Assembly: GCA_964594415.1 (NCBI GenBank)
Contig: CAZQLQ010000005.1
Coordinates: forward strand, 96 to 64,095
Length of the DNA: 64,000 bases
Reading direction: 5' to 3'
DNA from: an uncultured Candidatus Saccharibacteria bacterium
Lineage (GTDB): Bacteria; Patescibacteriota; CPR2; UBA1875; CAIMLA01
Part shown: piece after piece, positions 37,572 to 47,569 of the stretch
Position numbering within the stretch: the first letter of the stretch is position 1
Layout of the letters: each line of letters begins with the position of its first letter
Notes under the pieces: generated by a model
What the model saw: only the letters and a program-made list of their open reading frames with translations
Told to the model about the DNA's origin: nothing
Databases searched by the model: none
Translations under genes and position numbers: made by a program

Positions 37572-38465
37572 CTAATCCCTCCAGTTAAGGATAATTTCCT
37601 CTATGTTTTTTCCAAGTTTGTGCTTAATGTGTTTTTTGGAATATTTTCCCAAGATTAGATTTTTTTGTACTCTGAAGATATCTTTGAAAGAGTTTAAAGT
37701 ATCTTTTACAGGATCTACTGTTGTAGTCGCTGCAGAATCGTACCATTCTACAGGAACTTCTATTATTTTAAATTTATATTTTTGGGCGATCGCAAGATAT
37801 TCAGTGTCATAGCCAAATCCATGAACTTGCTGTAGTCCTGCTAGTAGTTTTGCAATCTCTGTTCTGTATAATTTAAATCCACATCTTTGATCGATATAGC
37901 TTTGATTTAAAAGAACAGTAAAAGCAAGGTTTCCACCCCTTGAAATAAATTGTCTTAGTCTCCCCTGTTTTCCTTTTGCAGCATAATCTTTTGAATGACC
38001 ATAGACTAGCACCTCGATAACGCTTTTGATGCCTCTGTATATCGACTTAAAATAGTTTGGTTCATAAGGTCTAGGGTTCTTAATATATCTAGATCCCATA
38101 ATTATATCGTATTCGTTTACATAAGGAAGCAGTTTGTCAAGTTCAAATATCGGAGTTGAACTGTCCGCGTCCATGAACATAACATATTTTCCTTTTGCGG
38201 CTAAAAATCCGTCTTGGACGCCTTGACCCTTCCCTTTTCTTCTATCTTTTGGCTCAGTGAACTCAATGTGTTCAACTTTTTTTGCATATTCCTTTGCCAT
38301 ATTAAGAGACCCGTCGTTACTATGAGTATCTGAAAGAACAACCTGAGTCTTGAAATCAACTTTATTTGTATATTTTATTATATCCTTAATGGTATTTTCT
38401 AATTGCTCTCTTTGATTTTTAAACGGAACAACTATGGTTAGATAAATTTCTTCTTCTTTTTTCAT
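37572..38465 (-). CDS. GT2 polyprenyl-phosphate glycosyltransferase (DPG-synthase-like)
   Basis: GKGQGVQDG, FMDADSST, GSR, D.CGFKLY, D.E.L, EVPVEW. Confidence 0.9.
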   Translation of the reverse strand: MKKEEEIYLTIVVPFKNQREQLENTIKDIIKYTNKVDFKTQVVLSDTHSNDGSLNMAKEYAKKVEHIEFTEPKDRRKGKGQGVQDGFLAAKGKYVMFMDADSSTPIFELDKLLPYVNEYDIIMGSRYIKNPRPYEPNYFKSIYRGIKSVIEVLVYGHSKDYAAKGKQGRLRQFISRGGNLAFTVLLNQSYIDQRCGFKLYRTEIAKLLAGLQQVHGFGYDTEYLAIAQKYKFKIIEVPVEWYDSAATTTVDPVKDTLNSFKDIFRVQKNLILGKYSKKHIKHKLGKNIEEIILNWRD

Positions 38466-38485
38466 TAAAACCTCATATTAATTTT

Positions 38486-39739
38486 TTATTTGATGAATAT
38501 GTATTCTTGGTTAAACTGATTTTTTATCGTCTCGTCCTTTTTCCAGGCTAGAAATTGATATTTGTAATTATACAGAAAGGACATAAATAAGAATACTGAG
38601 AATATCAATGCCATCGATATTCTAGCTTGGCGATTGAAGGGAAAGGTGCGCGACCAGTTAGTAAGAATATAGTCAAAGATGATTGAGGCAAGCACTATTA
38701 CTGCTGGGAAAATTATAAAAAAATTTAATAGTTCTGTTGAATCTAGCAGTCCAAGCGTAATAAACCCGAGAAACAACCAAGCTATAAGAAAGACGTGCTT
38801 CCTCTTGTTCAAATGGAAAGCCGCAAAAATTATTCCACATAAGAAACTTATTGCAAGAAATGGGTCAACTAGCGGCTCGTTTCCGAGATTGAATATAGTA
38901 GTGGTAGGAGATCTATATAGGAGGGCAGGAACCGTTTCTCCAATATTGAGGTAAAAGTCCCCGATTGAGCCAGGGTTAAACTTGCTGATAGTGCCTTGAA
39001 TGAATTCGGGCAAATTTAATAAATACGGGGTTGCTGTGACAAAAAATGAAATTACAAAAATAATGATTTCGTAAAGATAAACTGTAAGGACCTTCAAATT
39101 CTTTTTTATCATTAGAAGAAATAGTACCAGCGAAAGAGCATAGATAAACAAGAAAACCTCGTCAGTATATAGTCCAAGACCGATGATTATTCCAGATATT
39201 GCGAACAACAGCTTGTTTTTCCTTCGAAAAGCAATTGATATTGTAAAAAAAGACAAAAAAGCGAATAACAGAATAAGGACCTTTGAATTGATGAGTTGAG
39301 AGTTAACCACCAAAAACGAATTTATTGAAAAAAATAAACCGGCAAAAATAGCTGTTTGTCTGTTGTACCAATTTTTTACAAAGTAATAGAAAAGGATCAA
39401 GACTAAGGAGCTGAGGATTACCTGGAAAATTCTTAGAGCTAGTATATTGAAGTTTGTTACATACCCAATAGCCGCTAAAAAATATAAGTAAAGTGAGTTA
39501 GGGATTAACGTTTGTTTTATTTCCCATCCGTTTCTAATTATATCTCCTGCATTTTGCACAAGCGAAAATTCACTTTCAGAAAGATTATTAAAAAGATTTA
39601 TATTATTAAATCTAAGCAAAATACCTGTAAGAAGGATAATAAAAGCTATCAACTCAAATTGTTTTAAAGTTAAAAAGCTCTTTATGTTTTGTTTCAAGCT
39701 TTTTTTCTTCCCTGTTTCGGTTTCAATGATATTTTCCAT
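38486..39739 (-). CDS. GT-C fold membrane glycosyltransferase-like protein
   Basis: LRF..SESE, ALR, GLGLYT and a TM pattern like the ArnT/PMT_2 family. Confidence 0.7.
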   Translation of the reverse strand: MENIIETETGKKKSLKQNIKSFLTLKQFELIAFIILLTGILLRFNNINLFNNLSESEFSLVQNAGDIIRNGWEIKQTLIPNSLYLYFLAAIGYVTNFNILALRIFQVILSSLVLILFYYFVKNWYNRQTAIFAGLFFSINSFLVVNSQLINSKVLILLFAFLSFFTISIAFRRKNKLLFAISGIIIGLGLYTDEVFLFIYALSLVLFLLMIKKNLKVLTVYLYEIIIFVISFFVTATPYLLNLPEFIQGTISKFNPGSIGDFYLNIGETVPALLYRSPTTTIFNLGNEPLVDPFLAISFLCGIIFAAFHLNKRKHVFLIAWLFLGFITLGLLDSTELLNFFIIFPAVIVLASIIFDYILTNWSRTFPFNRQARISMALIFSVFLFMSFLYNYKYQFLAWKKDETIKNQFNQEYIFIK

Positions 39740-39757
39740 TTATGTAATCTTAACACG

Positions 39758-40618
39758 TTAAAAGGTAATTATAAATACTCCAATGAGCATAATTAGACAA
39801 GAAATAAGCCGAAAGTTCGTCTTTTTTTCTTGAAAGATAAATCCGCCCAGAATAACAGTAAATAATGTCCATAGTCTTAGCACGGGAACCACTAAAGAAA
39901 CGTCTCCCTTGCTAGTTGCCATAAACCAAAAATAGTAGTCTGCAACACTTGTTATTCCTATTATCAGTATTAGCCATCCAGATGCGGCGAATCCTTGTCT
40001 GATGTCCTTAACGCCGTTATGCCTTATAAATATATACGATGAAATAATGATAGTTCTGAAAAAAAGTTCAAAAAACAAATAAGTTATAGGATCGATAATG
40101 TTTAAAATATATTTAATGAATATCGCCAAAACAGAATAACCAACAATAGAAATAACTAGGTGATGGTAATCATTTGATCTAAGTAGCTCTTTGAACGGAT
40201 AGAGCAGGTCTTTACCTTTGAAATTTATTAGATAGGCCCCAAAGACAAGGAACAAAGAACCTGAGAATTGCACTAAAGTAATTTGTTCCTGAAATATAAT
40301 TATAGCGAAGAATATTGTGATTAGGGTCCCGACGTTAAAAAGTGGCGAAACCACTGACACATCCATGTGTCTATAAGCCTTAACGCTGTAGATGTATGAG
40401 ATTGAGGCAATAAGAGATGAGAGCAGTATCAATAAGATAGTTTTAGGCTCAAGGCTAAAATCTACATAGGGAATAAATACAAGGCCTATCAAGAGGCTTG
40501 TAATTGATGCGGCTCCTGCAACCTGAAGCGAATGTGCTTTTTTTAAAACAACTTTAGTTAGTAAGTTGCCTATAGTTACCGCAAAGGCACTAAATAACGC
40601 GAAGAAGAACCAGTTCAT
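39758..40618 (-). CDS. EamA/DMT family transporter
   Basis: Two 5-TM repeats, each ending (D)VS.V.P..F.E..G. Confidence 0.88.
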   Translation of the reverse strand: MNWFFFALFSAFAVTIGNLLTKVVLKKAHSLQVAGAASITSLLIGLVFIPYVDFSLEPKTILLILLSSLIASISYIYSVKAYRHMDVSVVSPLFNVGTLITIFFAIIIFQEQITLVQFSGSLFLVFGAYLINFKGKDLLYPFKELLRSNDYHHLVISIVGYSVLAIFIKYILNIIDPITYLFFELFFRTIIISSYIFIRHNGVKDIRQGFAASGWLILIIGITSVADYYFWFMATSKGDVSLVVPVLRLWTLFTVILGGFIFQEKKTNFRLISCLIMLIGVFIITF

Positions 40619-40623
40619 CTAAT

Positions 40624-41070
40624 TTAAAAAACCCAAAATTTATAAAATAGAAAGTTCCAAACCAGAGAAGTAAAGACCGCAAAAATTTTTGCACTGTTGT
40701 CTTTGATAAAAGATTCCGAAAATCTGTTAACCAAAGGAAGTTTTTTTGCTATTTTTGCAAAAAAAATACCAGGAGCCAATATTTTTGTAGTAAATATCCA
40801 AACAATACCATTATGAACAACGTAAATACTGACAATTGTAGTACCAAAAAACTTAATTATTTCTGAGGCAGAACCATTCCCTTGAAAAGTCCAAGAACTA
40901 TTTAAGAGGTAGCTTTGTACCATTGCTATTGTACTGGATATATAACTCGCAACAACAGGCTTGATATTCTTAAAACGGCGAAAAATATTAAAAAATATCA
41001 AATCAACCAATGTATTTAAAACTCCGACCGATGCAAACCTAGCTAATTGTTGTCCTAATAAACCGCTCAT
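40624..41070 (-). CDS. GtrA-family flippase
   Basis: RFASVGVLNTLVD, LNSSWTF, WNFLFYKFWVF. Confidence 0.9.
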   Translation of the reverse strand: MSGLLGQQLARFASVGVLNTLVDLIFFNIFRRFKNIKPVVASYISSTIAMVQSYLLNSSWTFQGNGSASEIIKFFGTTIVSIYVVHNGIVWIFTTKILAPGIFFAKIAKKLPLVNRFSESFIKDNSAKIFAVFTSLVWNFLFYKFWVF

Positions 41071-41132
41071 TTCTTCCTTTCATTTTTTTAACACTATAAA
41101 AAGAATACAATAATTCTGTTTTATGTTAAAGT

Positions 41133-42479
41133 CTAAATTGTAGGAAGGTCTCTTTTCTTCTCAAGGTTTGTAAAAAGCATTTGTTCTTGTTTGAAGAAAA
41201 GATCTATCTGGCCAATCGGACCGTTACGATGTTTTCTTACTAAGATACTTGCAATATTTTTATTTTCAGTATCGCTTTCATAATAGTCCTCTCTGTAGAT
41301 AAACATAACAACATCTGCGTCCTGTTCTATTGACCCAGATTCCCGTAAATCTGACAATTGAGGAATCTTTGAGGGTCGATTCTCAACTGCTCTTGAAAGC
41401 TGCGAAAGAGCAATAACAGGAACATTTAATTCCCTTGCAAGACCTTTTAGCGATCTGGAGATATCAGAAACCTCTTCTACTCTGCTATTTTTTGAATTAC
41501 CTTGTATTAACTGCATATAATCAATAACAATCAGCCCCAAGCCGTGTTCTGCCTGTAATCTTCTTGCTTTTGTTCTCATCTCAAGGACATTTATTCCTGC
41601 TGAATCGTCAAAATAAAGAGGCGCTTCAGAGATCTTTGCCATTGTCTCGCCGATTTTAGCAAAATCGTGATCACTTAGACTTGCATTTCTAAGTTTCCAA
41701 AAATCTATATTTGCTTCTGAACATAGTACACGGTCAACTAGCTGTTCTTTGCTCATTTCTAAAGAAAAAACAGCAGCTGGGATGCCTTCCCTGATTGCAG
41801 CATGCTGAGCAATATTTAAGGCGAAACTTGATTTACCCATCGAAGGTCTTCCGGCGACTATTACAAGATCAGAAGGCTGTAAACCTGCAAGCAACGAATC
41901 GAGATCTTTAAATCCTGAAGGAACGCCTCTTACGCTATCTTTGTTTTTGCTTAGCTCGTCTAGTCTTTCAAAGCTTCCGATTAAAACTTCCTTGATCTGG
42001 ACAAAGTTACCCTTTAAATGTTTTTGAGAAACTTGAAAGATTGCTTGTTCTGCCTTATCAAGAACCACCGGTATTTCTTCTTCTTCGTTGAGGGCAATGG
42101 TATTGATTTCGTTCGAGGCCTGAATAAGACGTCTTAGAATAGCTTTTTCTGATACTATTTTTGCGTAATGAACAATGTTTGCAGCGGAAGGTACTGAGCT
42201 AGCGAGCGTTGCTATATAGCTACCACCTCCAATTTTATCTAATAATTTAAGTTCCTCGAGTTTGTTTGTAAGCGTTATTACGTCAATTGGCTCTCGATGC
42301 TCAAAAAGATTTATTGATGCTCTATAAATCAAACCATGAGCGTCTTTATAAAAGTCTTCCGGGGTTAGAATATCGGATATTTTAATTATTGCGTCCTTAT
42401 CCAAAAGAAGTGCACCTAAGACGGATATCTCCGCATCAATATTTTGTGGCGGTAATGTTAATTTTTCTTTATTTTCCAT
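41133..42479 (-). CDS. dnaB: Replicative DNA helicase
   Basis: PPQNIDAE, GRPSMGKS, IDYMQL, LSQLSR, LRESGSIEQDAD. Confidence 0.99.
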   Translation of the reverse strand: MENKEKLTLPPQNIDAEISVLGALLLDKDAIIKISDILTPEDFYKDAHGLIYRASINLFEHREPIDVITLTNKLEELKLLDKIGGGSYIATLASSVPSAANIVHYAKIVSEKAILRRLIQASNEINTIALNEEEEIPVVLDKAEQAIFQVSQKHLKGNFVQIKEVLIGSFERLDELSKNKDSVRGVPSGFKDLDSLLAGLQPSDLVIVAGRPSMGKSSFALNIAQHAAIREGIPAAVFSLEMSKEQLVDRVLCSEANIDFWKLRNASLSDHDFAKIGETMAKISEAPLYFDDSAGINVLEMRTKARRLQAEHGLGLIVIDYMQLIQGNSKNSRVEEVSDISRSLKGLARELNVPVIALSQLSRAVENRPSKIPQLSDLRESGSIEQDADVVMFIYREDYYESDTENKNIASILVRKHRNGPIGQIDLFFKQEQMLFTNLEKKRDLPTI

Positions 42480-42485
42480 TTTCCC

Positions 42486-43997
42486 CTATTCTATTATTTC
42501 CCCACCAAATATTTCCAAAGCATCATCAAGCAAGTCATCCTTTCTCGGTTTTTGTTGCTCCATAGAGTTATTCAAGTGCGGTTTAAATAAGCATTTAACG
42601 ATAAATTTCCTTTTATAAACCTTCTCAGCTGCTCTTACTAAGATTTCTAAATTTTTTTGTTCCTCTACCCTTTCTTTATGAAACTTAAAAGGAAAGGTTA
42701 GAATTATTTCATCTTCTGTTATTTCGTTTGTACATACTTTTAAGAATGCGTAGACCGAATTGTTTTTACTTTTTATCTCAGCTAAAAATTCTTGCCATTT
42801 AGCTGCCTCAAAACCAGTCTTTGGGATCGTTTCTTCTTTTGGTTGCGAAGTCTTTAATGATTCCTGTTGAGTGTTGTTTTTGTTTTGTATTTCTTTTTTC
42901 TGAGAGTCACCTAATTGCCCAAAGCATATTTTAATTGTAGCCATCTCAAGTCCAAGTTGTGGCAAGGTGGAATTCTTATATTTGGACTCAGAAGCAATTA
43001 GAATGTCAATAAACTCTAGAATATCGGAAGTATTAACAAGCTTCAACAATTCTTTTGTCCTCTTTAATGCATTCTCTGACAGATCAACTTCTTCTATGTT
43101 GGAAACGCTTGCAAAAAGCATTTTTCTTAAAAGCTCTAAAATATTTCTCAAGAACTGTGATGGTTCGTAGCCGTCATCAACGGCTCTGCTGATAAGCTGT
43201 ATTGCTTCATTTGCTTTTTTATTTGAGATAGCGTAAATATAGTCTTCGACTATTTTAGTATCGGTTATGCCAATAATGTTCTCAATGTTGTCCTTAGTTA
43301 TCTGATTATTAAATGAGGACGCCGCTTGGTCCAAGAGCGAAATTGCATCTCTAAAGCCTCCCTCGCTAGTTTCTGCGATTATTTCCAGAACCTCTTCGCT
43401 TACTTCAATTTTTTCTTTCTCAGAGATTTCTCTTAGTCTTTTAACTATATCGGCAATTCTAATTCTCCTGAAGTCGTATCTTTGACAGCGCGAAAGAATG
43501 GTTGGCGGTATCTTATTTATTTCAGTAGTTGCAAATATAAAAATTGCGTGGCTAGGCGGTTCTTCGAGAGTTTTAAGGAGTGCATTAAAAGATGACTTGG
43601 AAAGCATATGGGCTTCATCTATTATATAGACCTTGTAATTTAGATTTGTAGGCGCAAAGTTCGCTCTATCAACGATTATCTCTCTTATATTATCTACCTG
43701 GGTATGCGAAGCCGCATCTATCTCAATAATATCAGTGGTTTGTGATTTATTGATGAGATCGCAATTGTTACACTTATTGTCAGGGTTGCCATTCATGTTT
43801 TTTAGACAGTTAATCGCCTTTGCTAATATTCTAGCAGCTGAAGTCTTTCCAGTTCCTCTGGGGCCAAAAAAAAGATAAGCATGAGAAAAATTACCAGATT
43901 TAACGGAATTCTTAAGAGTTTTAGATATGTGTTCTTGACCAAAAAGCTCGTCAAAGTCTGTTGGTCTATATTTTCGATACAAAGCTAAAGAAGCCAT
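42486..43997 (-). CDS. dnaX: DNA polymerase III subunit gamma/tau
   Basis: LYRKYRP, GPRGTGKTS, IDEAHML, SRC. Confidence 0.98.
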   Translation of the reverse strand: MASLALYRKYRPTDFDELFGQEHISKTLKNSVKSGNFSHAYLFFGPRGTGKTSAARILAKAINCLKNMNGNPDNKCNNCDLINKSQTTDIIEIDAASHTQVDNIREIIVDRANFAPTNLNYKVYIIDEAHMLSKSSFNALLKTLEEPPSHAIFIFATTEINKIPPTILSRCQRYDFRRIRIADIVKRLREISEKEKIEVSEEVLEIIAETSEGGFRDAISLLDQAASSFNNQITKDNIENIIGITDTKIVEDYIYAISNKKANEAIQLISRAVDDGYEPSQFLRNILELLRKMLFASVSNIEEVDLSENALKRTKELLKLVNTSDILEFIDILIASESKYKNSTLPQLGLEMATIKICFGQLGDSQKKEIQNKNNTQQESLKTSQPKEETIPKTGFEAAKWQEFLAEIKSKNNSVYAFLKVCTNEITEDEIILTFPFKFHKERVEEQKNLEILVRAAEKVYKRKFIVKCLFKPHLNNSMEQQKPRKDDLLDDALEIFGGEIIE

Positions 43998-44102
43998 AAG
44001 ATGCCCTTACTATTTATCTACTTAGTTTGACTATTATACGTCAAAATTAATTTTTTTTTAAGTCTAAAGTAATATTTTTAGTGGATAATCTGGGTATATT
44101 TA

Positions 44103-45065
44103 CTATATTTCCAATTCCTTAATGCTATCGCTGCTATCAGTTGTAGGGTATATTGGTTGTTCTTCAATAGGCTTAATAAATTCATCCAAAAGCCCTGATT
44201 CGTCCTTTTCATCAGAAATAGGGGTTCTGGTATCAGAATCGTCCTTTTTTACTTCCTTGTCGTGAATCTCATTTTTCATATCGGTTGTTATGTTCTTTAA
44301 AATATCCTCGTCTGAGATTCCAAGATTGTTCCCTGGAAACTCTATTTGGGGCTCTGGAGAAGCTTTGCCTCCGGAGCCTATCTCTGAAGAGTTCGGAACA
44401 GGGATAACCTTTTCTTCTGTTAACATATAGTCATTATCTCTGTTATCATTGTCGGTCTCTACAAGGGATTCTCTTTCTTGGACGATTGGTTCGGCTTGTT
44501 TGTCTGCTAGCTCTTTGTTTGGCTCCTCTTTGGCAGAATTGTCTTTCTTTATAATCCCATCTAAAGCTGCCCAAACCGAGTCATGCCCCTTGGGTAATAC
44601 TATTGTGGCTTGATCCCCGGGTTGCCCCTTGTAGAAAGTCACACTTGCCGGAAGGACTTTGAAGCTTTTTCCTTCGGCAAAAACGCTAAATGCATTATTC
44701 CCGCTTAAAACGAGGGATCCTACGGTCTTTTTTCTTTCAGCAGGTGCGATTTGTTTATAAACATAACTACCGTTATCGGATATCGTAAGTTTTAGCGTAT
44801 CGCCTTCTATTAACTTTGACTTTGAGGCATAGTTTGCGGGAACGGCGTAGGCCTTGCCGTCCTTTCCAATCATGCATTCACCGTTGAAGATACCTTCAAT
44901 TATTTTTTGATTTGGATTCGGATTTAGTTCTTTTAATTTGTTATTTATGTCTAATGTTTGACTGTTGTCGTTTTTTAATATACTTCTTAGAAGATTTCTC
45001 GCAGAATGAAGATCTCCTTCCGCCATATCAAGCAATTTTTGAATTTGCTTTAATCTTTCTTCCAT
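44103..45065 (-). CDS. Hypothetical protein with a conserved core and an acidic disordered tail
   Basis: IIEGIFNG..M...VPANYASKSKLIEGD.LKLTI...YKQI motif, recalled from CPR hypothetical proteins. Confidence 0.8.
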   Translation of the reverse strand: MEERLKQIQKLLDMAEGDLHSARNLLRSILKNDNSQTLDINNKLKELNPNPNQKIIEGIFNGECMIGKDGKAYAVPANYASKSKLIEGDTLKLTISDNGSYVYKQIAPAERKKTVGSLVLSGNNAFSVFAEGKSFKVLPASVTFYKGQPGDQATIVLPKGHDSVWAALDGIIKKDNSAKEEPNKELADKQAEPIVQERESLVETDNDNRDNDYMLTEEKVIPVPNSSEIGSGGKASPEPQIEFPGNNLGISDEDILKNITTDMKNEIHDKEVKKDDSDTRTPISDEKDESGLLDEFIKPIEEQPIYPTTDSSDSIKELEI

Positions 45066-45137
45066 TTTATCTCCTTTTGTTTTTGTTTTGGTTTGCTTTT
45101 ATATTATAAATTAGATTTTTGGCTATGTATAGTTGTT

Positions 45138-46289
45138 TTAAGATTTATATTTTAACATAAAATCTTCTTTAAAATTATTAAATCTATTTTCTTTGATTGC
45201 AGCTCTTGCTTGTTCAATTAACTTATGTAAAAAACGTAGGTTGTGTATAGTTGTCAGCCTAAGTCCGAATACCTCTTTTTCTCTAATTAGGTGTGCTACG
45301 TAACTCGTTGAGTAGTTTTTACAAGTATAGCAATCACAACTTTCATCTAGTGGGGAAAAAACGTTTTTACAGCCAGAATTGTTCAGATTTATCTTGCCAG
45401 AAGATGTCCAAACCGTTCCGTTTCTGGCAATTCTGGTAGCAAGAACGCAGTCAAACATATCAACACCTCTCTCAATTGATTCAAGCAGGTCATCTGGGGC
45501 ACCAACACCCATTAAGTAGCGCGGCTTGTTTTTGGGAAGATATCCTTCTATTATCTCTAATATGTGGTACATTTCTTTTTTGGTTTCACCAACAGAAAGG
45601 CCGCCAATTGCTACGCCATCAAAATCTAAAGAGCTAATATATTTTGCCGATTCTATTCTGAGATCGTCGAAAACCACTCCTTGAGTAATGCCAAAAAGAG
45701 CCTGATAATCGCCGTAAATTGACAGGCTGTTATGTTTTTTATGTTCTAGAAGACATTTTTCTGCCCAGTTGTGTGTACGAATCATGGCTTCCTCGGCATA
45801 TTTGTGGCTTGAGTTGTGAGGGGCGCATTCATCAAACGCCATAATTATATCAGCGCCAATTTTCTCTTGCATATTAATAGCTGATTCTGGTGAAAAAAAA
45901 TGTTTAGAACCGTCGAGATGTGAGCTGAATTCAACACCAGCTTCTGTAATCTTAACGAGCTTTTTGGAGTCTTTTTTCCCAGTGCCTAAAGAAAAAACTT
46001 GAAATCCTCCCGAGTCTGTTAGTATCGGCCCATTCCAATTCATAAACTTATGAATTCCGCCAGCGTTTTCTATGATATCTAGTCCCGGGCGAAGGTATAA
46101 GTGATATGCGTTTGATAAGATAATCTGCGAGCCTACATTCTTTACTTCTTCGGGAGAAACTGTTTTTACTGTTGCATGAGTCCCTACCGGCATAAAAACA
46201 GGTGTTTCAATTTTTCCGTGTGGTGTTGTTATGACTCCGGCTCTTGCCTTGCCATCATTTTTTATTAATTTATATTCAAATTTACTCAT
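45138..46289 (-). CDS. tgt: tRNA-guanine transglycosylase
   Basis: TPVFMPVGT, TDSGGFQVFSL, DEC, GGLSVGE, DMFDCV, CDCYTC..H. Confidence 0.98.
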   Translation of the reverse strand: MSKFEYKLIKNDGKARAGVITTPHGKIETPVFMPVGTHATVKTVSPEEVKNVGSQIILSNAYHLYLRPGLDIIENAGGIHKFMNWNGPILTDSGGFQVFSLGTGKKDSKKLVKITEAGVEFSSHLDGSKHFFSPESAINMQEKIGADIIMAFDECAPHNSSHKYAEEAMIRTHNWAEKCLLEHKKHNSLSIYGDYQALFGITQGVVFDDLRIESAKYISSLDFDGVAIGGLSVGETKKEMYHILEIIEGYLPKNKPRYLMGVGAPDDLLESIERGVDMFDCVLATRIARNGTVWTSSGKINLNNSGCKNVFSPLDESCDCYTCKNYSTSYVAHLIREKEVFGLRLTTIHNLRFLHKLIEQARAAIKENRFNNFKEDFMLKYKS

Positions 46290-46352
46290 AGATTAACATT
46301 TTAACTTAAAATACTCTTTTTTAAAAGGCGAAAGAGTATTACACTCTACTTG

Positions 46353-46976
46353 ATGAGTAGGGTCAATTTTCAATCATTGTCTGACAATGTTATAGAGAAG
46401 CTTTTTCTTTGGGCAATACCTAAATGGCTTAGGCCAAACCCAATATCTATTAGCAGGATTATTATGGCTCCGTTTGTGCTGATTTTACTGTCCAGAAGAA
46501 GCTATTTTTTAGGAATATTGCTCTTTATTTTTGCAGTATGTACTGATTTTATTGACGGCGCACTTGCCAGAAAAAGAGATCAGGTAACAGATTTGGGTAA
46601 AATACTTGATCCAATCGCAGATAAGGTTCTTATTCTCTCAATATTTTTATTCATAGGATTTGATTATTTAATCGTTTATGTTTTTACAATATTTGTAATT
46701 CTTGAGGTTATTGCAGTTATTTCAGGCGCGGCTTTTTCTGAGTTTGTTGGAAGACCTATCGGAGCAAATCTTTACGGAAAGATAAAAATGATACTCCAGA
46801 GTAGCAGTCTTTTTCTTTTTTTGGCGGGGATTGCTCTGGGGAAGGAACAGCTTATCAGTATATCAGAGGGGGTATTGGTCGTTGCTCTTCTATTTGCCCT
46901 AATCTCTGCAATCGAACAAATTTACAACAAGATAAGGTTCCTTAAAACTGATAAAAATTTTAAAAAAATGCCATAA
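46353..46976 (+). CDS. CDP-alcohol phosphatidyltransferase (PgsA-like)
   Basis: PN.IS..R, D.IDG.LAR..T.LG..LDPIADK. Confidence 0.9.
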   Translation: MSRVNFQSLSDNVIEKLFLWAIPKWLRPNPISISRIIMAPFVLILLSRRSYFLGILLFIFAVCTDFIDGALARKRDQVTDLGKILDPIADKVLILSIFLFIGFDYLIVYVFTIFVILEVIAVISGAAFSEFVGRPIGANLYGKIKMILQSSSLFLFLAGIALGKEQLISISEGVLVVALLFALISAIEQIYNKIRFLKTDKNFKKMP

Positions 46977-47007
46977 AAAAGAGCCCCGGCATGGGGCTCT
47001 TTTTTTC
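46975..47007. terminator. Bidirectional terminator
   Basis: AAAAAAGAGCCCC-GGCAT-GGGGCTCTTTTTT. Confidence 0.88.
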
Positions 47008-47028
47008 GATTTAGAGGAATGTTAATTA

Positions 47029-47559
47029 TTATTGAAGTTCTACTGTTGCGCCAGCTTCAGTAAGCTTTGTTTTAGCGTTTTCAGCGTCTTCTTTCTTCAT
47101 ATTTTCTTTTACTGTTGCAGGCGCACCGTCTACTAGATCCTTAGCTTCTTTTAGGCCAAGTTCTGGTAGAATCTCTCTAACAGCCTTGATTACGGCAATT
47201 TTGTTTGACCCTGCGCTAGTAATAACTACATTGTAAGCGCTTTTTTCCTCTTCTTGAGGAGCAGCAGAACCAGCAGCAGCGGGCATAGCCCCCATCATAA
47301 CTGGTGCGGCGGCAGATACACCGAATCTGTCTTCAAGAACTTTTACAAGTTCAGACAGCTCGAGTACGCTCATATTCTCAATAGTTTTTACAAGGTCAGC
47401 AAATTTTCCAGTTACTTCAGTCTTTGCTGGTGTAGCTTCCGCTGCTACAACTTCTTTTACTTCTTCTACAGCCTCTTTTGCTTCCTCAACAGCGTCTTTA
47501 GCTTCTTCTACAGACTCCTCGGCAGCTTCAATAGCTTCTTTTACTTCTTCATTTGCCAT
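47029..47559 (-). CDS. rplL: 50S ribosomal protein bL12 (L7/L12) with an acidic N-terminal extension
   Basis: [50 protein letters not shown]. Confidence 0.98.
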   Translation of the reverse strand: MANEEVKEAIEAAEESVEEAKDAVEEAKEAVEEVKEVVAAEATPAKTEVTGKFADLVKTIENMSVLELSELVKVLEDRFGVSAAAPVMMGAMPAAAGSAAPQEEEKSAYNVVITSAGSNKIAVIKAVREILPELGLKEAKDLVDGAPATVKENMKKEDAENAKTKLTEAGATVELQ

Positions 47560-47569
47560 GATAATTATT

